This document shows, piece after piece, positions 19,598 to 28,528 of a stretch of DNA of 64,000 nt. Location of the stretch: contig CAWHHI010000020.1 in assembly GCA_963829055.1 (NCBI GenBank), positions 768,001 to 832,000 of the forward strand, written 5' to 3'. A program made the translations under genes and the position numbers. The stretch is from an uncultured Gemmatimonadaceae bacterium. GTDB taxonomy: Bacteria; Gemmatimonadota; Gemmatimonadetes; Gemmatimonadales; Gemmatimonadaceae. How positions within the stretch are numbered: position 1 is the first letter of the stretch; each line of letters opens with the position of its first letter. The notes beneath the pieces are model-generated. The model was not told the origin of the DNA, made no database searches, and worked only from the letters and a program-made list of their open reading frames with translations.

Positions 19598-20976
19598 GTG
19601 CTCCTGTTGCCATCGGTCGAGTCCTTCCGACACTGAACGAGGACGGATCGCGACGCTGGATCCGTCCCAAGCCCTCGCACGGTGCCTACGCGAAGGCACG
19701 ACGCGTGGTGGCGTACAGCCTCATGCTCGTGTTCTTCCTCATCCCGCACCTTCGCATGCGGGGCAAGCCGCTCATCCTGCTCGATCTGCCTCGCCGACAC
19801 TTCACACTCTTCGGCACCACGTTCCTTCCGACGGACACGCTGCTGCTGATGCTCCTGCTCGCGAGCGTCATCATCGGGATCTTCCTGCTCACGGCGCTGT
19901 TCGGACGAGTGTGGTGCGGGTGGACGTGCCCGCAGACGGTCTACATGGAGTTTCTCTTCCGACCGATCGAGCGATGGGTCGAAGGCGGCCGGAGCGGATC
20001 GTTAGGCCTCGACAAGGCGAACCGGCACTTTCACCCACGGCGTCTCCTCAAGTACGTGATCTACGCCGTGCTCTCGGTGTTCCTGGCGCACACCTTTCTC
20101 GCGTATTTCGTCGGAACGGAGGCGCTCTCGGAGTGGATGCGGCGCTCGCCGGCCGAGCATCCCACGTCGTTCCTCATCATGGCGGGGACGGCGCTCGCGA
20201 TATTCGGGGACTTCGCCTACTTCCGCGAGCAGACCTGCCTCGTCGCCTGCCCGTACGGGCGGATGCAGTCGGTGCTGCTCGACCGGCAGTCGCTGATCGT
20301 CGCGTATGACCCGACACGCGGCGAGCCGCGAATGAAGGGCAAGGTCCGGCCGGCCGGCGCGGGCGACTGCATCGACTGCGGCGCCTGCGTGCAGACGTGT
20401 CCCACCGGCATCGACATCCGCGACGGCCTGCAGATGGAGTGCATTCACTGCACCCAGTGCGCGGATGCGTGCGACGACATCATGGAGCGTGTCGGCAAGC
20501 CGAAGGGACTGATTCGCTACTCGTCCCGCGAGTTGCTGGAGGGACACAAGCGGCATCTCATCAGGCCTCGCACCGTGCTCTACCCACTCGCATTCGCCGG
20601 GTTTCTCGGCGCGTTCACGTATGCGCTCGCGACGCGCGACGCGGCGGATGTCACCGTGTTAGGCGGTCAGGGCGAGCCATTCACGCAGCAGGCGGACGGC
20701 CGCATCGCCAACCAGGTGCGCGTGAAGATCACGAACCGCACGGATGCCGATCACGACTACCGAATCGAGGTCGTCGGGGCGAGCGAGGGGTCAGTGGTCG
20801 TGCCGCAGAATCCGTTGCACGTGGCGACGGGGCAGTCGGCGGTAACGCCACTGTTCGTCCTGCTCCCGCGATCGGCGTTCGAGCGCGGCGAGCATCGCGT
20901 CACCGTGCGAGTGAGCGACGGGGCGGGCTTCTCGACGGACACTCCGTATCGTCTCGTCGGCCCCGAATCGCGATGA
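19594..20976 (+). CDS. ccoG: Cytochrome c oxidase accessory ferredoxin
   Basis: GRVWCGWTCPQTV, CPYGRMQ, CIDCGACVQTCPTGIDIR, CIHCTQCADAC. Confidence 0.95.
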   Translation: MSAPVAIGRVLPTLNEDGSRRWIRPKPSHGAYAKARRVVAYSLMLVFFLIPHLRMRGKPLILLDLPRRHFTLFGTTFLPTDTLLLMLLLASVIIGIFLLTALFGRVWCGWTCPQTVYMEFLFRPIERWVEGGRSGSLGLDKANRHFHPRRLLKYVIYAVLSVFLAHTFLAYFVGTEALSEWMRRSPAEHPTSFLIMAGTALAIFGDFAYFREQTCLVACPYGRMQSVLLDRQSLIVAYDPTRGEPRMKGKVRPAGAGDCIDCGACVQTCPTGIDIRDGLQMECIHCTQCADACDDIMERVGKPKGLIRYSSRELLEGHKRHLIRPRTVLYPLAFAGFLGAFTYALATRDAADVTVLGGQGEPFTQQADGRIANQVRVKITNRTDADHDYRIEVVGASEGSVVVPQNPLHVATGQSAVTPLFVLLPRSAFERGEHRVTVRVSDGAGFSTDTPYRLVGPESR

Positions 20977-21468
20977 AGCGCGGTATGTGGTGGCCGATCG
21001 GGCTCGCCGGCGTGCTCGCCGCCACCGTGGCCGCGAACATTCTGGGTCGCGGTGATCGCGAACGACGATCCGTCGTTCGCGATCGAGCCCGATTACTACA
21101 GGAAGGCGGTGGCGTGGGATACGACGCTCGCGCAGGCGCGGCACAACGCGTTGCTGGGCTGGCGCCTGACGCCGGCGATGAGCGCGATCGCGTCTGACGG
21201 TAGCTCGCTGCTGTCGGCGCGACTCACGGACTCTACTGGTTCGGCAATCTCTGGTGCGGTGATACGCGTGAGCGCGTTGGCCGTCGCGCGGGCGTCGGAC
21301 GTGCACGACATGACGCTCACGCCGTCGGCTGGCACCGGGAACTACGCGGTGCGCTTCGATGCGCGTCGTGCGGGAGAATGGGAGTTGCGCTTCGACGCGA
21401 CGCTCGGAGCCGAGCATTTCACGCAGGTGAGCCGCGTCGAGGCGTTCGCGACGGGGGCGGGCCAGTGA
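20973..21468 (+). CDS. ccoH: FixH/CcoH protein, frameshift near 21043
   Basis: MKRGMWWPIGL...; ANDDPSFAIEPDYYRKAVAWD; GEWELRF; operon position. Confidence 0.8.
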
Positions 21469-21474
21469 AACTCC

Positions 21475-21578
21475 TGTCATCCCGAGCGCAGCGAGGGACC
21501 TGCTGTGAAGTCATCGTGGCCAGGCTAGCCACAATGACGTTCGAGCAGGTCCCTCGTCGCTGCGCTCCTCGGGATGAC
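21475..21578. repeat. REP-like palindromic element (family A) inside the cco operon
   Basis: GTCATCCCGAG...GAGGGACCTGCT...AGCAGGTCCCTC...CTCGGGATGAC nested inverted repeats. Confidence 0.8.
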
Positions 21579-21583
21579 TTGCG

Positions 21584-22300
21584 ATGACGCTCCTCCTCGC
21601 CGTCCTCGGCGCGAGCCTGCTCGGCAGTGTGCACTGCGCCGCGATGTGCGGCGGATTCGTGTGCCTGTACTCCGGGCTACGCAGAGAGGCGAGTCCGCGG
21701 CGCGAGGTGGCGCCGCACGTCGCCTACAACGCGGGACGCCTCGTGTCGTACCTGCTGCTTGGCGTGATTGCCGGCTCGGTGGGCGGCAGCATCGACCAGG
21801 TCGGTGCGCTCGCCAGCGTCGGGCGGCTGGCCGCGATCGTCTCCGGCAGCCTGATGGCCGTGTGGGGCGCGACGACGCTGCTCGCCGCGTTAGGCGTGCG
21901 CGTGCCGCAGCCTGGCGTGCCGCGCGCCCTCCAGACCACGCTCGGCGCCGCACTCCTGCGGATGCGCCGCCAATCGCCGACGGTTCGCGGCGCCGCGACG
22001 GGACTGCTCACCACCCTGTTGCCGTGCGGCTGGCTCTACGTGTTCGTCGCCACGGCGGCCGGCACCGGGCGCGTGCCTGACGCGGTGCTCGTGATGCTGT
22101 TCTTCTGGCTCGGCACGCTGCCGATGATGGCGGCCGTGGGCGCTGGCGCGCAGCGGATGTTCGGCGCCTTCCAGCGACGCCTGCCGCTCGTGAGTGCCGG
22201 CGCGGCCGTCGTGCTTGGCCTGCTGTCGATGGCGGGCAAGATCGCCGTCCGACCAGCCGAGCACGCACACGTGCAGCGCGTCGTGCAGGCTGATCGATGA
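21584..22300 (+). CDS. DsbD_2/TauE-like cbb3 assembly membrane protein
   Basis: SLLGSVHCAAMCGG, YNAGRLVSY, LLPCGWLY, FWLGTLP. Confidence 0.88.
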   Translation: MTLLLAVLGASLLGSVHCAAMCGGFVCLYSGLRREASPRREVAPHVAYNAGRLVSYLLLGVIAGSVGGSIDQVGALASVGRLAAIVSGSLMAVWGATTLLAALGVRVPQPGVPRALQTTLGAALLRMRRQSPTVRGAATGLLTTLLPCGWLYVFVATAAGTGRVPDAVLVMLFFWLGTLPMMAAVGAGAQRMFGAFQRRLPLVSAGAAVVLGLLSMAGKIAVRPAEHAHVQRVVQADR

Positions 22301-24735
22301 CCGCCGTCGCTACGCGCGTTGCCGGCGTTGTCCGTGTTGCGACCGACACGAGCTGCGCCCACTGCATGCTTCCCGTTCCCTCGGGCCTGATCGAGGCGGG
22401 AGAAGAACGTCAGTTCTGCTGCACAGGGTGCCGCACCGCCTTCGCGATGATCGCCGAGCACGGACTCGGCGCGTATTACGACATCGTGGAGCGGCGCGAT
22501 GGACCCGTCGCGACGAGCGACCGCAGCTTCGAGGAGTTCGATCACGCCGCGTTCCGTGATCTCTACGTTCGGGCGACGCCGGACGGGCTCTCTCAGGTCG
22601 ATCTCTACCTGGAAGGCGTGCACTGCGGCGCGTGCGTGTGGCTCGTCGAGCGAGTACCACTCGTCGTGCCGGGCGTGGCGCGCGCGGAGCTCAACATTCG
22701 CCGTTCGCTCGCGCGCGTCGTGTGGCACGACGCGACAGTGCCACTCTCGCGCGTTGCGCGCGCACTCGATTCGTTAGGCTACCATCCGCACCCGTTCCGC
22801 GGCCTCGAGGTCGAGGCCATGCGGCGTCGCGAGGATCGCGCGATGCTGGCGCGCATCGGGGTCGCCGGCGCGGTGGCGGCGAACGTGATGCTCGCATCAT
22901 TCGCGCTGTACAGCGGGCAGTTCGGCGGAATGGAAGGGCCGTACGAGCGGTTCTTCCGCTGGGTGTGTCTGCTGCTCACGACGCCGGCGCTGTTCGGGCC
23001 TGGACGTGTGTTCTTCTCCGGCGCGTGGGCGTCGCTGCGCACCCGGACGTTGAACATGGATCTCCCGATCGCGATCGCCCTGGCAATCGGGTGGGCGCGC
23101 GGAACCGCGAATACGATCACTGGTGTCGGTCCGATCTACTTCGACGGACTGGCGACGCTGACGTTCGCGTTGCTCGCCGGACGCTTCCTGCAGCAGCGCG
23201 GGCAGCGCGCGGCGGCCGATTCGGCGGAGCTGTTGTACTCGCTGTCGCCGTCGAGCGCGCGCGTGGTGGACGGGGATGCCACGCGTGACGTCCCGGCGCA
23301 GGCACTGCTACCGGGAATGGTGCTCGACGTCCGGGCGGGTGAGAGCTTCGCCGCCGACGGCACGGTGGCGTCGGGTCATTCCGCGGTCGACCTGGCGCTG
23401 CTCACGGGCGAGTCACGCCCGGTGTCCGTGAGCGTCGGCGACCCAGTGTATGCGGGCACCACGAACGTGGCGTCCGCGTTGCGCGTGACCGTGGACGCTG
23501 CCGGCGAAGAGAGCAGGCTGGCGCGCATCGTCCAGCAGGTCGAGGAGAGTGCGCGGCGACGCGCTCCGGTCGTGCAGCTCGCGAATCGGCTCGCGGGATG
23601 GTTCGTCGGTGTCGTGCTCGCCCTGGCCGCGGCAACCGCGGTGTTCTGGTATCCGCGCGACCCGACCGCGGCACTCGAGAACGCGATCGCGCTGCTGATC
23701 GTCACGTGTCCGTGCGCGCTGGCGTTGGCGACGCCGCTCGCGGTGAGCATGGCCATCGGGCGCGCGGCGCGGAATGGCATCCTCATCAAGGGCGGCGACG
23801 CGATCGAGCGACTCGCGGAGCCCGGCGTGCTGCTGCTCGACAAGACCGGGACGATCACCGAGGCGCGGGTGGCGCTCGAGGCGTGGGTCGGGCCCGAATG
23901 GGTGAAGCCGCTCGTGCTCGCGCTCGAGCAGGAGTCATCGCACCCCATCGCCGACGGCTTCCGCCGTGCGTTCGCGGGCGTGGACGCGATGCCGGCGAGC
24001 CTAACGACGCACGTCGTTGGTGGCGGCATCGAAGGGATGGTCGACGGCCGGCATGTCGTCGTCGGGTCGCCGGCGTTCGTCGAGGCGCGCGCGACGCGGA
24101 CGATCGCTGCGCCGCCATGCGCGCCGACATTGACGCCGGTGCTCGTCGCGGTCGACGGCATCATCGTGGCGTCGGCGAGCTTCGGCGACCCGATCCGGAG
24201 TGACGCGCGAGCGTCGATCGACGCACTCGTCGCGCGCGGCTGGCGTGTCGGCATACTGTCCGGCGATCACCCGCAGGTGGTCGCGACGGTCGGCAGTGCG
24301 CTCGGGCTTCCACCGGCGTCGTGCGTGGGCGGCGCCGCGCCGGAAGAGAAGCTCCGCGTCGTGGAAGAGATGCGCCGCCAGGGTACGGTGGTGATGGTCG
24401 GCGACGGCGTGAACGACGCGGCGGCGATCGCGGCGGCGTCCGTGGGCGTCGGCGTACACGGCGGCGCGGAAGCGTGTCTGGCGACGGCGGACGTCTACCT
24501 CGCCCGACCCGGTCTCACACCACTCGTCAGGCTCACCGAGGGCGCGGCGCGGACCATCGCCATCATCCGGCGCAACATCGCCTTCTCGATCGGCTACAAC
24601 ATCATCGGGGCGACGCTCGCGGTCACCGGCACGATCACGCCGCTCGTCGCGGCGGTACTGATGCCATTGAGCTCGTTGACCGTCGTGCTCGCGTCCTGGT
24701 CGAGCACGTCCTTTACGCGGGAGCGTGAATCGTGA
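22297..24735 (+). CDS. ccoI: Cu-translocating P1B-type ATPase
   Basis: CAHC, FCCTGC, HCGAC, TGES, CPCAL, DKTGT, GDGVND. Confidence 0.95.
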   Translation: MTAVATRVAGVVRVATDTSCAHCMLPVPSGLIEAGEERQFCCTGCRTAFAMIAEHGLGAYYDIVERRDGPVATSDRSFEEFDHAAFRDLYVRATPDGLSQVDLYLEGVHCGACVWLVERVPLVVPGVARAELNIRRSLARVVWHDATVPLSRVARALDSLGYHPHPFRGLEVEAMRRREDRAMLARIGVAGAVAANVMLASFALYSGQFGGMEGPYERFFRWVCLLLTTPALFGPGRVFFSGAWASLRTRTLNMDLPIAIALAIGWARGTANTITGVGPIYFDGLATLTFALLAGRFLQQRGQRAAADSAELLYSLSPSSARVVDGDATRDVPAQALLPGMVLDVRAGESFAADGTVASGHSAVDLALLTGESRPVSVSVGDPVYAGTTNVASALRVTVDAAGEESRLARIVQQVEESARRRAPVVQLANRLAGWFVGVVLALAAATAVFWYPRDPTAALENAIALLIVTCPCALALATPLAVSMAIGRAARNGILIKGGDAIERLAEPGVLLLDKTGTITEARVALEAWVGPEWVKPLVLALEQESSHPIADGFRRAFAGVDAMPASLTTHVVGGGIEGMVDGRHVVVGSPAFVEARATRTIAAPPCAPTLTPVLVAVDGIIVASASFGDPIRSDARASIDALVARGWRVGILSGDHPQVVATVGSALGLPPASCVGGAAPEEKLRVVEEMRRQGTVVMVGDGVNDAAAIAAASVGVGVHGGAEACLATADVYLARPGLTPLVRLTEGAARTIAIIRRNIAFSIGYNIIGATLAVTGTITPLVAAVLMPLSSLTVVLASWSSTSFTRERES

Positions 24736-24926
24736 GCGTGATATTCGTCGTCGTGCCGCTCGCTGCGCTCATCGGATTGGTGGCGGTCATCGCGTTCGTC
24801 TACAGCGCGCGCCGCGGGCAGTTCGATGATCTCGATACGCCCGCGGTGCGCATGCTGTACGACGACACACCGGTCGCAGCTACTTCTGCGGCGGACCCTT
24901 CGGCGGCTTCGCAGTCGCCGCCTTGA
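24732..24926 (+). CDS. ccoS: cbb3 oxidase maturation protein
   Basis: TM followed by GQFDDLDTPAVRMLYDD. Confidence 0.92.
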   Translation: MSVIFVVVPLAALIGLVAVIAFVYSARRGQFDDLDTPAVRMLYDDTPVAATSAADPSAASQSPP

Positions 24927-25311
24927 AGCGCGCGCGGATGTTCAACAGCTCGGCGCTCACGTCCGCGTCCGCGTTCTTCTTGGTGACGTCTTCGAGCAGC
25001 TTGAGCACGGTGCCGTCGTCCTCTACCAGCGTTGGCTCGCCGCTCAGCCGAGTGCCGAAGCCGAAGTGCTCGCCGGGTACCATCACCATCTCATTCTTCA
25101 GCACGACGTCGCTCTTGTCGTCGGCCACGCGAACGACGACGAACTTCTTGCCGTGCTTCTCCATGTAGCTGATGCGGAGGCCATCGGCGCTGGCGGGCCA
25201 TGGCTGGTACGGGTGGGACTGGCCGTCCGTGCCGTCGAATGACGTGGTGGAAGTCGTGAGCTTCGGGAAATTCCGCTCGAAACCGCCGACGTACATGAGT
25301 GCGTGTCGCAT
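24880..25311 (-). CDS. Hypothetical protein
   Basis: 143-aa ORF with typical codon bias and a globular-looking sequence. Confidence 0.65.
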   Translation of the reverse strand: MRHALMYVGGFERNFPKLTTSTTSFDGTDGQSHPYQPWPASADGLRISYMEKHGKKFVVVRVADDKSDVVLKNEMVMVPGEHFGFGTRLSGEPTLVEDDGTVLKLLEDVTKKNADADVSAELLNIRARFKAATAKPPKGPPQK

Positions 25312-25772
25312 GGATTTGATCGGGAAGGTGTCCGGATTCCGGCGGCTGCCGGGCCAAACGTCGGCTACAATCTACGACCACTTACCCCACGAAGGGCAGA
25401 CGCGCTGAGCAGATGGCCGGTGGCGACCGCTACTGTCCGGCGGGCCGGGCGGTGTTCAACGCGGTCTTCGCCGCCACAGGCCAACGGTTCCAGCGAATGC
25501 CGATCAGGCCGGCCGACCTCGGGGCTGCACAACGCGGACTTTCGCGTTAGGGTCCCGCACTCCGTACCGGACGAAGTCGATCAGCAGGAGATTCCCCGAG
25601 TCGGACGGAGAGGCTGCTCGTGAGCGCGCTTGCATCATGGCTAGCTCCAGCCGATTTGCGCCGCTCCCGTCACCTCGGTGGCTACTTGGCCCGACGAACC
25701 GAGTCCCTTGCAGAGCCTGGGTGATCTGACTAATCACTTTATTGAGTAATTTTACTCAATACGGTGAGTACC

Positions 25773-25960
25773 ATGGCCCACCTACTTCCCCAAGCAGCGG
25801 AGCTCGCCAAGAGGCTCCGCGAGCCACGACCGTTCCTCCAGGTCATCGCCGGCCCGCGGTAGGTCGGCAAGACGACGGTCGTCCGGCAGACACTCGACCC
25901 CTGGGGAAAGAGCGCGGTTCACGCCTCGGGACGCTCAAGGGACCCGAGTGGATCGGCTCA
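25773..25960 (+). pseudogene. AAA-family ATPase (AAA_14/DUF4143-like) N-terminal remnant
   Basis: RLREPRPFLQVIAGPR*VGKTT with TAG at 25860 inside Walker A (GPRQVGKT); TLKGPEWIG in another frame. Confidence 0.65.
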
Positions 25961-25986
25961 TCGAGACCATCGCGGCGTGACTCCTC

Positions 25987-26172
25987 CTGCTCCGCGCTCA
26001 TGGGCTCATGCAGGCCATCGCTCGTGTGAACCGCGTATTCAACGACACACCTGGCGGGCAGGTTGTCGACTATCTCGGTCTCGCCGATCAACTCCGGCAA
26101 GCGTTCGCCCAGACTGTACTCGAGCAGGCCGAAGTATTCACGGGCCTGTGGGCGGCGGTGAGCGGTGGCTGA
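25987..26172 (+). pseudogene. hsdR: Type I restriction R-subunit remnant (motif VI fused to extreme C-terminus)
   Basis: [36 protein letters not shown] joined to [16 protein letters not shown]. Confidence 0.75.
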
Positions 26173-26252
26173 GCGAGCAGCGCGATCGTAGGCGATCCAT
26201 TCCTGAGGTCGTCCAAATTCAGCCTGAGAAGCGCTTCGGGAGCGAAGGACTC

Positions 26253-26268
26253 TGGCACGTCGAGTGCA
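26253..26268 (+). promoter_or_regulatory. Sigma-54 -24/-12 promoter upstream of the cyanophycinase locus
   Basis: TGGCACGTCGAGTGCA versus consensus TGGCACGNNNNTTGCW (one mismatch). Confidence 0.6.
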
Positions 26269-26621
26269 CCTCGCGTCACACTCGCGGAGTACGCGCCGAT
26301 GCTGGCTTCCACAACCGCCGCACCCAAGTCACACGTCTCATGCAGTCCCGACACCACCGCACGGCACAGGACGAGCCTTCGTCTGACGTCGACGCGCGCA
26401 TCATCGCGCCCACCGACTCCGCGCACCGCACTCCGCCGTCCGCAACCGCAAGCGGCGGCGATGACCAGAAGGGTGTTCGCTGGATCGATTGCACCGATCA
26501 CGCGGACGGCAACAAGAACGATGGCGACCCGCCGAACGGCCGCGGCCGCCATCGAGGCTCGCATCGTTAGGCGCACCATCAATCGCCTCGCTCGAGGCAG
26601 CTCATAGCTCACGCCGCAAGT

Positions 26622-27656
26622 ATGCCGACCAACGGGAAACAGCGAAACGGAACGCATCGCAGCAACGGAAACAACGGAAAGAACGGCAGTAACGGGAAGC
26701 ACAGCATCAACGGGAAGGAACGCCGGATCCGCGAGCTCAAGGCGCGTCCGATCCGCCCAGGCGATCCCCAGCTGCCGACGAAAGGCCGCCTGCTCATCAT
26801 CGGCGGCCATGAAGACAAGGTCGGCAACATGGTCATCCTGCGCGCGCTCGCGCGGCTGGTCGGGAGCGGCAAGCTCGTCGTCGCGACGCTGGCGAGTGAG
26901 CAGCCCGCTGAGCAGTGGGAACGCTACGAGTCGGTGTTGCGGAGCCTTGGCATTCGGCACCTCAATCACCTGCGCGTCGAATCACGCGCTGATGCCGAGA
27001 CGCCGCGCGCGATGGGCATCCTCGAGGGGGCGACCGGCGTCTTCTTCACGGGCGGTGATCAACTCCGCCTGACGAGTCTGATCGGCGACACACCGGTCTT
27101 CTCACGCTGCTACGAGATATTCGCGCACGGCGGTGTCATCGCCGGTACGTCGGCCGGCGCGGCCGTGATGAGCGAGACGATGATCGTCGGCGGCAACGGA
27201 GAGTCATCGCCGCGCATCGATGACGGACTGCATCTCGCGCCAGGGTTCGGCTTCGCGAAGGACATGGTCATCGACCAGCACTTCTCCGAACGCGGCCGCG
27301 TTGGACGACTCCTCAGCGTGATCGCGCAGAATCCACGCATCCTCGGCATCGGGATCGACGAGAACACCGCCATCGAGGTGGAGCCGTTCCGCCGCTTCCG
27401 GGTGGTAGGCGAGGGAAGCGCCTACGTGATCGACGGCAGCAACATCTCGGACACGAGTGTGGCCGCCGACATGCGAGGGCGGCCGGTGTCTGTCTTCGGC
27501 GTGCAGATGCACGTGCTCACCCAGGGAGACGAGTACGACATCGTCCGTCGCACGCCCGCACGACGACCCGCGGAGGAAGTCGACGAGGAGCTCGGCATCG
27601 ATACGTCGGAGGACGCCGAGCGATCGGCTGATCGCGCCACAGCGGCGGCGAAGTGA
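26622..27656 (+). CDS. cphB: Cyanophycinase (peptidase S51)
   Basis: LIIGGHEDK, FFTGGDQLRL, GTSAGA, IDQHFSERGRVGRL, GIGIDENTA. Confidence 0.92.
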   Translation: MPTNGKQRNGTHRSNGNNGKNGSNGKHSINGKERRIRELKARPIRPGDPQLPTKGRLLIIGGHEDKVGNMVILRALARLVGSGKLVVATLASEQPAEQWERYESVLRSLGIRHLNHLRVESRADAETPRAMGILEGATGVFFTGGDQLRLTSLIGDTPVFSRCYEIFAHGGVIAGTSAGAAVMSETMIVGGNGESSPRIDDGLHLAPGFGFAKDMVIDQHFSERGRVGRLLSVIAQNPRILGIGIDENTAIEVEPFRRFRVVGEGSAYVIDGSNISDTSVAADMRGRPVSVFGVQMHVLTQGDEYDIVRRTPARRPAEEVDEELGIDTSEDAERSADRATAAAK

Positions 27657-27690
27657 GGATCGATCCGACCAACAACCTCGAGGGCGCCGC

Positions 27691-28362
27691 ATGCTGCTCC
27701 TGATCGAGAACGGTGAGCTGTACGACCCGGTGCCGCGTGGTGAGCAGCCGGTCCTCATCGCGAATGACAGGATCGAGAAGATCGGCCCAGTGGATCGACG
27801 CGCGCTCGACACGCTGGACGTCGAATACGAAGTGATCGACGCCTCGGACTGCTTCGTGACCCCCGGTCTCATCGATCCGCACGAGCACCTCCTCGGCGGC
27901 AGTGGCGAGGGGAGTCTCGCGCTGCAAAGTCCGGAACCGTTCCTGCGCGAGATCGTGCGGGCTGGTGTCACGACCGTCGTCGGGACGTTAGGCGTGGACA
28001 CGACGATGAAGACGCTGCCTGGTCTCCTCGCGCGCGTGAAAGCGCTCGAGGAAGAAGGGCTGTCGACGTTCATGTGGACGGGTGGGTACAACGTCCCGCC
28101 GACCACGGTCCTCGACTCCGTGCGGGAGGACATGCTCTTCATCGACGCGGTGGGGGGCTGCCTGGAGGTCGGGAAGGACGCCGACGTCCTGATCGTCGAG
28201 CGCGGCACGCTCGACATCCGTCACGTTATTGCGAAGGGGCGACGCATGGTGTCGGACGGCGAGCCGATCGTCCGCGAGAAGTTCCTCGAGAAGAGCAGCC
28301 GCGGGATCGATCTCGTGGGCGACAAGTTTCCGGGCACGGTTCCGACGGCCGTGGGTGCGTAG
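27691..28362 (+). pseudogene. iadA: Isoaspartyl dipeptidase with a large in-frame internal deletion
   Basis: PGLIDPHEHLLGGSGEG, GVTTVVGTLG, KALEEEGL..TGGY, then jumps to LEVGKDADVL; only 223 aa. Confidence 0.7.
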
Positions 28363-28364
28363 TC

Positions 28365-28528
28365 GTCATTCCGAGCGGCGGTGTCATTCCGAGCGAGGCG
28401 AAGCAGCGTAGTCGAGGAATCGCGTTGTCCTGCAGGGCAGAGGGCTCACTCTAGCCAGGTTACCGCTCACGGATTCCTCGACTTCAGCTGTGCGGCTCCG
28501 CTCGGAATGACAACTCGCTCGGGATGAC
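28365..28528. repeat. REP-like palindromic element (family A) between convergent genes
   Basis: 2x GTCATTCCGAGCG, GTCGAGGAATC...GATTCCTCGAC, 2x CGCTCGGRATGAC. Confidence 0.85.

Noticed and set aside
25504..25737. 77-aa minus-strand ORF
   Set aside because: No recognisable motif; possibly another fragment in the decayed region, but unsupported.
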